The position numbers and the translations under genes were made by a program. Below, piece after piece: positions 34,289 through 44,166 of a DNA stretch of 64,000 bases; within the stretch, counting starts at the first letter, position 1, and each line of letters starts with the position of its first letter. The notes beneath the pieces are model-generated. The model saw only the letters and a list, made by a program, of their open reading frames with translations, was not told where the DNA came from and made no database searches. Origin of the DNA: Nitrospirota bacterium. GTDB lineage: Bacteria > Nitrospirota > UBA9217. The stretch is from positions 64,001 through 128,000 of the forward strand of contig CAVUHW010000020.1 in NCBI GenBank assembly GCA_963741205.1, given 5' to 3'.

Positions 34289-36298
34289 ATGGACCCCATG
34301 CAAAAAAAAGGCGTGCCCATCCTGTTCTCCCTTTTCCTTATAGTGACGGCGGTGCTCATCGGCGGGGCAGCGGGGTACCTTATATTTTCAGTCGTGGACC
34401 TGCCGCAGGTGCGCAGCCTTGAAGAATATCAGCCGAGCATCATCTCACGCGTCTATTCCGACAATAACAAGCTCCTTGCAGAGTTTTTTCTCGAGAACCG
34501 GACGCCGGTCTCGCTCGAGGACGTTCCCGAAAACCTCGTCAAGGCGCTCATCGCAACGGAGGATGCGAGATTTTACAGCCACGCGGGGATCGATTACCGC
34601 GGGATGTCGCGGGCGCTGTACCGGAACCTCCGCGCGGGGAAAGTTCTCGAAGGCGGCAGCACGCTGACTCAGCAGCTCGCCAAGGTGCTCTTCCTCACTC
34701 CGGAGCGGAGCTATACGCGGAAGCTGAAGGAAATCGTCGTCGCTCTCAGGATCGAACAGCGCTACACGAAGCGAGAAATTCTTTCATTCTACCTCAATCA
34801 GGTCTATTTCGGCAGCGGCGCCTACGGCGTGGAGGCGGCTTCACGGATCTACTTCGGGAAATCGGCCAAGGACCTGAACGTCGCCGAATGCGCGCTACTC
34901 GCCGGGTTGCCCCGCTCACCCAAATACTACTCCCCTTTCAAGTCTCCCCAAAATGCCCGCAACCGGCGCGCCTATGTGCTGAACCGCATGGTCTCTGCGG
35001 GCATTCTTACCACCCTGCAGGCGGAAGATGCGAAGAAAACCCCGCTGCCGGTCCAGACCGCGATCAAGGCCGTCGGCCAGGCCCCCTATTTCGTCGAATA
35101 TGTCCGGCAACAGGTGGAGGAGCGTTTCGGATCGAGCATCCTCTACTCAGGCGGACTGAACATCTATACGAGCATCAACAACGAACTTCAGGGGTATGCC
35201 GAGGAGGCGGTTTCCGCAGGCCTTGCCAGGACCGAGGCGCGTCTCGGCACGAAAAGAAGGTCCCAGTTGCAGGCGGCCCTCATCGCCATGGAACCGACTA
35301 CCGGACGCATTCGCGCGATGGTGGGCGGCCGGGATTTCGCCAAAAGCCAGTTCAACCGGGCCTGGCAGGCGTTCCGGCAGCCCGGCTCCGCCTTCAAGCC
35401 TATCATCTACGCCGCCGCCATCGAGCACGGCTTCGGCGCATCGGATCTCCTGGATGATTCACCGTTGACGATCAAAATGGACCGGAATAAAAATTGGGAG
35501 CCTGAAAATTTCACGCGCACCTACCAGGGTTCCGTCACCCTTCGGAGGGCGCTTGGCCAGTCTCTTAATGTGCCGACGATCAGACTCCTGGAAAAAGTCG
35601 GAATCGATGAGACCATCCGGTACGCCAGAAAACTCGGCATACGAAGCCCGCTTGCCCCTTATCTTTCCCTGGCGCTCGGCAGCTCCGACGTAACGCTCGC
35701 CGAGCTCACCTCGGCCTATGCCGTTTTCGCCAACCATGGGACTAAAATCGGACCCGTCTCGATCCTCATGATCACCGATCGCAACGGCCGGGTCCTCTAC
35801 ACGAACGATGCCATGCCTGAACAGGCCATGAATCCGGAGACCGCGTATTTGACCACCTACCTCCTCAAGGGCGTAATCGAGAACGGCACAGGATGGAAAG
35901 CGCGAGAACTCGGCAGGCCCGCAGCGGGCAAAACGGGCACCACAAACGATTTCCGAGACGCCTGGTTCATTGGATATACTCCGAGTCTCGTTGCGGGCGT
36001 CTGGGTCGGCCGCGACAACCAGGAGAGCATCGGACCGAAGGAAACAGGCGCGCGGGCGGCGCTCCCAGTCTGGCTCGAGTTCATGAAAAAGGCGCATGCC
36101 GAACTGCCGTCCGAAGACTTCGCGGTTCCCAACGACATCGTCTTTAAACAGATCGATCCCAGGACCGGCCTGCTCAGTACGGACCAGTGCAGATCATCCA
36201 TCCGCGAGGCCTATCTGCCAGGAACGGAACCGCATCGATACTGCGACGAGGCCGCTGCCGGCTCCGAAGAGACTCAGATCCAGGACGAGGCGATATAA
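34289..36298 (+). CDS. mrcA: Class A penicillin-binding protein 1A
   Basis: TEDARFYSHAGID, GGSTLTQQLAK, RQPGSAFKP, SLN, KTGTTND. Confidence 0.95.
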   Translation: MDPMQKKGVPILFSLFLIVTAVLIGGAAGYLIFSVVDLPQVRSLEEYQPSIISRVYSDNNKLLAEFFLENRTPVSLEDVPENLVKALIATEDARFYSHAGIDYRGMSRALYRNLRAGKVLEGGSTLTQQLAKVLFLTPERSYTRKLKEIVVALRIEQRYTKREILSFYLNQVYFGSGAYGVEAASRIYFGKSAKDLNVAECALLAGLPRSPKYYSPFKSPQNARNRRAYVLNRMVSAGILTTLQAEDAKKTPLPVQTAIKAVGQAPYFVEYVRQQVEERFGSSILYSGGLNIYTSINNELQGYAEEAVSAGLARTEARLGTKRRSQLQAALIAMEPTTGRIRAMVGGRDFAKSQFNRAWQAFRQPGSAFKPIIYAAAIEHGFGASDLLDDSPLTIKMDRNKNWEPENFTRTYQGSVTLRRALGQSLNVPTIRLLEKVGIDETIRYARKLGIRSPLAPYLSLALGSSDVTLAELTSAYAVFANHGTKIGPVSILMITDRNGRVLYTNDAMPEQAMNPETAYLTTYLLKGVIENGTGWKARELGRPAAGKTGTTNDFRDAWFIGYTPSLVAGVWVGRDNQESIGPKETGARAALPVWLEFMKKAHAELPSEDFAVPNDIVFKQIDPRTGLLSTDQCRSSIREAYLPGTEPHRYCDEAAAGSEETQIQDEAI

Positions 36299-36346
36299 AC
36301 CCGTAAAATTATTGACAAGGCCACTCATGTTTGTTACTCTTTAGCG

Positions 36347-37751
36347 GTGAGTCTTCGTTTATCAAAAAGATATCATCCATTCACTTCCCGTGTCCTGGAG
36401 TGGCTCGTTCCTGCCTCGCTTTTTGCGCGCATGGATATCGCGAGCAAAATGCTTCTCGGGTACATGACGCTCGTCGCGCTCACCGTCATCGTGGTCGCAT
36501 ATGCCCTCTTCAGCCTGCAGCGCATCAACAGCCTGAACCAGAGCATCGTCAAGGTCGATGTCATCGTTGAAGAAGCTTCGGACAAGATGCTCGATGCCCT
36601 GCTCGCCCAGGACACCTATGAAAAGCGGTTCTTGATCCTCAAGAGCCGCGACATGCAGGACCTCTTTTTGCAGCGGGGGCGGGAATTCCGGACCTGGCTC
36701 GACGAGATCAAGAAACTGCCCGACGGGACAGACCTGCCCGTGGGCTCGATCGAATCGCTGTACGCCAGGTATACGGACCTCTTTTCCCGGGAGATCAAGC
36801 TCGTCCGGTCGAAAGACATGGAAAAGGCATCTGCCGTCTCGAATCATGAGATCAAAACAGTTCTGGACAAACTCCTCGACACGCTCAGGAAGCTGTCTGC
36901 GCGAGCCAGGCAAGAACAGGACTTAAAGATGAGCCGGATCAGCTCCATCGGGGGCACGGCATTCTTACACAACGGCGCTTCTTTGCCTCTTCAGCGTCAT
37001 AGCGGGGGCACTTGCCGTCCTGGTGGTGACGCACCACATTTCTTCGTCTCTCAACAAGCTCAAGGAGGCGACCGAGCATATCGCCAGCGGCAACTTCGAC
37101 TACGATCCGCAGATCAAGACCGAGGACGAGATCGGAAGCCTCTCGGAGTCCTTCCTGGACATGGGGAAACGGCTGCGAAAACTGGAAGAGATGTATCTCG
37201 ACGCCAGTCCCCTGACCCGGTTGCCGGGGGGGATCGCCATCGAAAACGTGCTCAAAAAAAGGCTTGAGTCCGGACAGCCGATCGCCTTTTGCGTCCTCGA
37301 CCTCGATAATTTCAAAGCCTTCAACGACCGGTATGGCTATGCGAACGGCAGCGAGGTGCTCAAGGAATCGGCGCGGATCATCGAGAGCGCCGTCAAGACC
37401 AAGGGCACAGCCGATGACTTTATCGGCCACGTGGGCGGCGACGACTTCGTCGTCATTACCACACCCGACCATATGCGTGAAGTCGCCGCCGAAATCATCA
37501 ATCAGTTCGACGCCCGGATCCCGGCCTTTTATGAACCCGAAGACCAGAAACGAGGATACATCATGGGCAAAACCCGGCAGGGCGTCGAGATGCAGTTTCC
37601 GCTCATGACCATTTCCATAGCAATCGTTACGAACGGCCTCCGCAAACTTACCGACCCTCTGGAAGCGTCGGAAATCGCGGCAGAACTCAAGGAATACGCC
37701 AAAACAATCCCCCGGAGCATCTTTGTCGTGGACAAGAGGAGAAACGCGTGA
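36347..37751 (+). CDS. Membrane sensor: periplasmic helical domain-HAMP-GGDEF (GGDDF) nucleotide cyclase (one indel near 36970)
   Basis: Two TM segments; HAMP (EDEIGSLSESF); DLDNFKAFNDRYGYANGSEVL; GHVGGDDF. Confidence 0.9.
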
Positions 37752-38198
37752 GGAGTTTCCTCGCACTGATCTTGCTGGCAGCGATCACGGCATGCGTGCC
37801 GTCTCCCCCGCCTACCAGCTGTGGCCATCGGGGCCGGAACTGGCCTACCAAAACGCCCGCGCTTCCGCAAAAGAAAAAAAATACGCCAAGGCCATCGCGG
37901 CGTACCGCAAGATCACGGCCGACTCGCCCCAATCGCCCTTAGCCGCGGATTCTCTTTTGAAGTCGCCTATCTCCAGGCCTTTTATGACAACCCTCAAAAA
38001 GACTATGAGCTGGCTTTAGCCGGATTCGATGAATTTCTAAAGCGGTTTCCGCACCACGAAAAAGCGCCGGAAGCGAAAAACTGGCGTGTGATCCTGAAGA
38101 CGATCCTGGATATGAAGAAAGAGAATGAACGATTACACGAGAGCATCGAGGAGTTGAATAAGCTCGACATCAGGCATGAGGAGAGGAGAAGCAAGTAG
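37748..38198 (+). CDS. TPR lipoprotein with C-terminal coiled coil (split)
   Basis: Lipobox ITAC; KYAKAIAAY, YDNPQKDYELALAGFDEFLKRFP, LNKLDIRHEERR; start overlaps the upstream stop (GTGA). Confidence 0.8.
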
Positions 38199-38206
38199 GC
38201 ATGTGA

Positions 38207-39058
38207 TTATTGGAAGATCGTAAGCTCGCTTGTGCTTTTGATCTCTCCCTGCAGATCGAGATAATATGTACCGCCGGCAGGATCATGCGGTAATTCTCTG
38301 ATGATGTCATTCGCAACCAGTTCGTAAAGTGACGAGGGTTTCCTATGGAACTTTTTTTCATACACAGATATCGCTTCATTGAGTAAAACGACATTTTCCA
38401 TAGATTTAATTCTCTGTCTCGTATTGGTTCCTTAAGATTCTCGTCTTTTGTGTCTTTCACTATCTCTTCCAAAAAAAGAATTGCGGTCCCCGTTTTTTTC
38501 TCTTTAAATGCAAATCTCGATGCAAGGCTGCCGATGGTTGGGCTTGCTCCAGGCCTTTGTACAGCATCCATGAGAGATCTTGCCGTCATTGTCATTATCA
38601 TGTAAAAAAAAGAAATAATTGAACCCGATGAAAAAGGGCGGAACCCAATCCCAATTGCGGAAACGCATTCCCTTCTCCAGAAGACTATTGGCCTCACTTG
38701 CCATACCCGCGTACCAAGTAAGGAATGCATTCCCGAAATAATAAGGGTCAAAAAAATAGGGGTCCAGATCAGTAACCGCCTGCAGTAGGGCGGCGAACCC
38801 CTCCCATTCCCATTTCTTAAGCTTGAGATGAGCATCTTTTTCAATATTTTTACCGATAAAGACAAGCGCCCTGAGCAGCATGAAATCCGAAACAACGCCG
38901 GAGTATTCCAGGCACGATATCTTTAAAAAGGGCGAAGGCAGTGATGATAGCACTCTTCTCCCCTTGGAAGGGATCGCTCTCCTGCCGCTTTTCCGAGTGT
39001 CATAATATGAGCAAGGAGCAGCGGTCGACAGAAATATGACGAATAGTATTCGCTGCAT
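38207..39058 (-). CDS. Pilin-locus accessory protein (PilG/Xap-like, TPR-like; split)
   Basis: VTDLDPYFFDPYYFG, FFIGFNYFFFL, ELPHDPAGGTYYLD; translationally coupled to the permease. Confidence 0.7.
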
Positions 39059-39866
39059 CAAGGAAATTCCTTTTCCTGAAGATCAATGCGGCAAGGCTCA
39101 CAGCCAGGCAGATATAGACTACACCGTACGCAACGGTCCAGAAAATGAAGGATGACGAGACAGGAAGTCCATGTGCCGCTTGAATCTTAATATCAAACAG
39201 CGAGAGGTTGGGAAAACAGATAGTACGCCATTTTCACGGCTTTGATGGTAACAGGGGAAACTTTATGCCGACTGCGGTGGGATTTTCAACGAGGGCTTTC
39301 ACTTCAGTGAGAGAATGGCCGATGATGTAGGAAATGACCGTCAGAACGAGCGTAATGAAGGACGTGGAGGCAAATGCGAGAACAGAAAGCTGAGGGAAGC
39401 AAGAAGCAGAAGCGCCAGGAAAATGAGAACCAGCGCCAAAAGCATCAAGGAGAATGAGAATTGAGGGAAATAAGCGGGGTATATGTTCTTGAGCAAAAAA
39501 ACAGAGAGATGGCAGCAAGCTTAAAAAAAGAACAGCCGCAAGAATAAGCAGTGCCATCCCGATAAATTTACCTACGATGTACTGTGACCGGGAGATAGGC
39601 CGTGACAAAACCATGTAGATCGTCCTCTTATCCAAGTCCTTGGCTATCAGGTTGATTCCTACAAAGAGGACGAGAAGGAGGCCGGTAAACGATACCGTCG
39701 AAAGGGCGATGTCTACCGCCACTTTCCCGATATCTCGGGGGATCATGCTGGAAATAAAGAAGTTCACACCCAGAAGCAGAACTGCGAAAATAGATATTCC
39801 GTAGAACGCCCTGTTTCTGATGCCTTCCTTAAAGGTTATTGCTGCGACGGGCCAGAGTACCGTCAT
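39058..39866 (-). CDS. ABC permease, PilI/Xap-like
   Basis: ITFKEGIRNR, KDLDKRTIYMVLSRPISRSQYIVGKF. Confidence 0.85.
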
Positions 39867-40611
39867 GCCCCGATTCCTCCTCCTGCTGATTTTACTTCCC
39901 TCACAAAGAATCCTCCAGTGTTGCTCCTCCGGACATAAGATTACCGAGCGTATCGACAAGCCTGAGTCTGCCGCTTACGATAATACCCGCCCTGTCACAG
40001 AACCGCTCGATGTCCGTAAGGATGTGAGAGGAAAAAAAAACCGTTTTCCCCTGGGATTTTAGATCAAGGATCAAGTCGCCTACCATTTTTCTTCCGATTG
40101 GGTCGAGGCCGCTCATGGGCTCATCCAGGATAACTACATCCGGATCATGAATCAATGCGAGGGCTAAGCCCGCCCGTTGCATCATACCTTTCGAATATGT
40201 CCTCAGTTGTCTTTTTTTTGCGTCTAAGAGGTCCATTTTATCGAGGAGTTCTTCAGACTTTTTTTCGATAACTTTTTTCTCTAAACCTGAGGACCGTCCC
40301 CCGAACCAGAGGAGCTCCTCTACCGTGAGATAGTCATAAAAATATGGATTTTCGGGGAGATATCCTACATACCGTCTCGCTTCGGTTTCCTTGACATCCA
40401 TACCCCGGATAGCAGCGCTCCCTTTTTCCGGATAGATAAGATTCATGAGAATTTTGATGGTCGTAGACTTACCGGCGCCATTCGGACCAAGGAAACCGAA
40501 AATCTCTCCCTTCGGGACCATGAGCGTGAGATTGTCCAATGCTCTTACTCGCTTCGCGCGAATCCCCACTTTAAATTCTTTTGTCAGTCTGTCAAGTGTA
40601 ATCATAGTCAT
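39863..40611 (-). CDS. ABC ATP-binding protein, PilH/Xap-like
   Basis: [43 protein letters not shown]. Confidence 0.9.
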
Positions 40612-40718
40612 TTCTTTAATACATTCCCGACTCTGTTGTCAATAAATTTATTCGATCAAAGCACCGGAATCATGGCCCCCTGCCCATTCCTTATTTTTTT
40701 GTAAAAGCAATAAAATCA

Positions 40719-40752
40719 AAAAAAGGCCGGGTTGCCCCGGCCTTCAAAAAAA
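40719..40752 (-). terminator. Intrinsic terminator after pilA
   Basis: AAGGCCGGGGCAACCCGGCCTT followed by a T-run on the minus strand. Confidence 0.85.
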
Positions 40753-40775
40753 ACTTATTTTAGCCATTACACCTA

Positions 40776-41381
40776 TTACATTGCCGCATAGTTACCGGTA
40801 CAAACTCCACCGCCTGCCTGACCGACTAAATCATCATTAGTTGCCGTGATAGCGGAAACAACAGATGCGACCGTAAGCAAAGTAGCGGCCGAAGACGTTG
40901 CTCTGTACATACCGGTGCTGTTCGAGTCTCTCGCATAGCACGTATCACCGCTCAGGTGCTTTGCAATAATGAGGTAATCAGGGGTTAAACCGCCTGTGGC
41001 ATCGCTTGCCGCTGTAAATATGCTCACGTTATTGCTGACAGACATTCCGACTGTCCCCTTAGCATTTCTTATCTGCGCTCCTGTCACAGATGCTGTGGCT
41101 CCATTAAGTGGTCCTGTTAGCAGCGTACCCGGTGAACAGCAGTTTGCCGCAGCTAATACAGCTGAGGCAGTGCTTCCATAGTTTTGAGTATCCGCATAGA
41201 GGGCCTCTTCCGATGTCGCAGTATTCCTCGAATCTGAGTTTGCTGACGCATTATAAGCCTTAATACGGTACGCGGAGAACTGCGGGATGGCGATGGCCGC
41301 CAGAATGGCGATGATGGCCACGACGATCAGGAGTTCGATAAGGGTAAAACCTTTATTATTCTTTTTCGCTGACTTTTTCAT
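40776..41381 (-). CDS. pilA: Type IVa major pilin
   Basis: KG|FTLIELLIVVAIIAILAAIAIPQFSAYRIKAYN; AGGAGG RBS; own terminator and sigma-54 promoter. Confidence 0.93.
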   Translation of the reverse strand: MKKSAKKNNKGFTLIELLIVVAIIAILAAIAIPQFSAYRIKAYNASANSDSRNTATSEEALYADTQNYGSTASAVLAAANCCSPGTLLTGPLNGATASVTGAQIRNAKGTVGMSVSNNVSIFTAASDATGGLTPDYLIIAKHLSGDTCYARDSNSTGMYRATSSAATLLTVASVVSAITATNDDLVGQAGGGVCTGNYAAM

Positions 41382-41520
41382 GTTTCCTCCTAATAAATGG
41401 AGTAAGTTCAATTTTGTTCTTGTTGTTCGTTTCATCGTTTTGCTCAAAGCCTCTTGCGAATGTCCACCTCCTTTCGCTCAAAGGACCTCAAGCAATTATG
41501 ATCAAATTTCGTCTGTTTAT

Positions 41521-41625
41521 TGCAGATTGCATGCCATATAACATGACTATTTATTCAATATGTTATATTTATATGAGGCATTATAAATAGACTATAAATG
41601 TCATACTCGGTGACAAAATATGTCA
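41521..41625 (-). promoter_or_regulatory. Sigma-54 promoter of pilA with upstream enhancer-like palindromes
   Basis: TGGCATGCAATCTGCA (GG-N10-GC) at 41536-41521; TGT-N11-ACA at 41599-41615 overlapping TGACA-N5-TGTCA. Confidence 0.75.
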
Positions 41626-41680
41626 GATATTGTGGTCTTGACAATAGTGTACTCGGATGGTAGCATCAGGGCGCCCTCTC

Positions 41681-43059
41681 ATGATAATAACCTCAAAAAA
41701 GATGATCTTTGCCAGGCAAGGCGCTGAGGTTATCAATAAAGGCGCTGTGGCGATTAGAAAGGGATCATTCTCTCAATTGGGACCGCGGACAGCATAATCA
41801 ACAAATACCACGGACATCGTGTATACCATTTGGATAATGCGGTCCTCATGCCCGGGCTTGTCAACCTTCATACGCATCTAGAACTCCCTCCCCTCTTCGG
41901 CACTATTAAAGCAAGAACTTTTCCCGATTGGGTGTTGAACCTCATAAGAGCAAAGAAGGACTTGGTCGAGGACGATTATAAGGCTGCCGCAAAAAAGAAT
42001 ATAGAAACCCTGATTCGCACCGGGACAACGACTACCGGAGAAATATGTACCCATGGTGTCAGTCCTGTTTTACTCAAGCAACAAGGCCTCAGGGCCGTCG
42101 TGTACAAAGAAATCATCTCAATGTCAGGTCCGGGGGCAAATCCCGCCTTGCCCCATTTAGTCAGATTCCCCTCGTTCCCCCCATTTTCAAAAGGGGGATT
42201 AGTTCAAACCGGATTTTCTCCTCATACGCCTTATACGGTCTCCGAACCAGCATTGCGGGCAATCAATCAGCTCTCGAAGAACAAGAACATTCGCCTTGCC
42301 ATGCACATTGCGGAGTCGAAAGACGAGTTAAAACTCTTGCAAGGAAAAGAGACCGGCCTTGAGAGGCTTTATCAGTTTGCACAGTGGGACCTTTCGTGGG
42401 CGCCAACGGGGACCTCACCGTTCGAATATTTAAATTGCATCGGTTTTCTCTCCCCTAACCTTTTGGCAGTCCATGCCGTCCAGGTGACTGGAGAAGACAT
42501 CAGACTGATCAAAAAATCAAAAATATCCGTCGCGCATTGTCCGCGAAGCAACAAGGAACTCGGTGTCGGCAGGATGCCGCTAAAAAAATTCCTTGATGCA
42601 GGTATTACCGTCGGACTTGGCACCGACAGTCTGGCAAGTGTGCCAACCCTGAACATGTGGGACGAGATGCGGTACGCTTACCGCATACATCGAAGAGACG
42701 GGATTTCAGCGAAAGATATCTTCGAACTGGCGACCATTGGAGGAGCAAAAGCCCTCGGTCTGGATAAAGAGATCGGCACGCTCGAACCGGGGAAAAAAGC
42801 GGACATCATCGCCGTGCCTCTTCCGAAAAAAAATACCGGCGACCTCTATTCCGACTTGCTCAGGGAAACGAAATCCTGTATTATGAGCATGGTTAACGGG
42901 AAAATATTATTCAAAGAGGGTGCAAGGGCAAGGGTCAAGGCTAAGGATTTCTTATTCCGCAATCCGATTCCGCATTCCTTACTCAAACAGCATGTCCATC
43001 GAAAAAATCAAAGAAAAAGTCATATCCAACAAGCGTCTTACCCGAAAAGACGGGCTTGA
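41681..43059 (+). CDS. Metal-dependent amidohydrolase, probable aminofutalosine or 5'-deoxyadenosine deaminase (both ends affected by indels)
   Basis: PGLVNLHTHLE, SPHTPYTVS, HIAES, HCPRSN, LGTDS; directly upstream of mqnE-mqnC. Confidence 0.8.
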
Positions 43060-44066
43060 GCTTTTCAAGTCCAACGATCTCCTCGCGCTCGGGCGCATGG
43101 CCTCCCATGTCGCGCAGAAAAAGAACGGGAACCGCGTCTATTTCGTCCGGAACATGCACATCAATCCGACGAACATCTGCGTGAACCGATGCAAGTTCTG
43201 CGCGTTCAGCAGGAGCAAGGGCGAGCCCGGCGCGTACGAGATGAGCATCGAGGATATCCTGAACAAGGCGCGCAGCGCCGGAAAAGGCGTGCGGGAACTC
43301 CATATCGTCTCCGGTCTCCATCCCGGACCTGCCCTTTTCATGGTATATCGATATGCTGAGGGCGCTCAAAAAAGAATTCCCGAAGATGCATCTCAAGGCC
43401 TTTACCGCAGTCGAGATCGACTACCTTGCAAAGCTGTCCGGCCTGAACATTACCGATACGCTAATCAAACTCAAAGAAGCCGGGCTCGGTTCTCTCCCGG
43501 GCGGCGGCGCCGAGATCTTCAATACGGCGGTCAGAAACACCCTGTGCGCCGAGAAGATCAGCGGCGACCGCTGGCTCGAGGTGATCGAGGCCGCTCACAA
43601 GGTCGGGCTCAAATCGAACGCGACCATGCTTTACGGGCATATCGAAACCGCCGAGCACCGGGTCGATCATCTCATCAGGCTCCGCGACCTGCAGGATAAG
43701 ACAGGCGGTTTCCAGGCCTTCATTCCGCTCAGTTTCCATTCACAGAACACGGAGATCAAAAAATCCGCGTATACCACGGGGTTCGATGACCTCAAGACCC
43801 TCGCGATTTCCCGGCTCATGCTCGATAACTTCGATCACATCAAGGCCTACTGGGTCATGCTCGGGGAGAAGATCGCACAGGTATCGCTCAGCTTCGGCGT
43901 CGATGATCTGGACGGCACCGTGGTCGAGGAGCGGATTACAAAAGCGGCCGGCGGGACCACCGACGGCAGCATGACAAAAAATGACATCGTGCATCTCATT
44001 AAGCAGGCGGGACGATTCCTGTGGAACGAGATACCGTTATATAACGTTGTGAAGGTGTGGAAATAA
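42992..44066 (+). CDS. mqnE: Aminofutalosine synthase (radical SAM; split)
   Basis: HINPTNICVNRCKFCAF, KAFTAVEI, NATMLYGHIE, NFDHIKAYWVMLG, DDLDGTVVEE. Confidence 0.93.
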
Positions 44067-44074
44067 GCATGGTT

Positions 44075-44137
44075 GTCATTCCCGACGAAAGCGGGATCAG
44101 CGTTCTAAAGACACGGATTCCAGTAACCCGGAATGAC
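44075..44137. repeat. GTCATTCCCG...GGAATGAC palindromic intergenic element
   Basis: Terminal inverted repeats; same family as 46816, 53787 and 60550. Confidence 0.75.
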
Positions 44138-44166
44138 GTCCTATAGGGCTAGCGTTATCGTAAGAC

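Noticed and set aside
40776-41381. Electrically conductive e-pilin
   Set aside because: Only 11 Phe/Tyr in about 190 mature residues (~6%), with an aromatic-free gap of over 50 residues; this is below the usual e-pilin heuristics.
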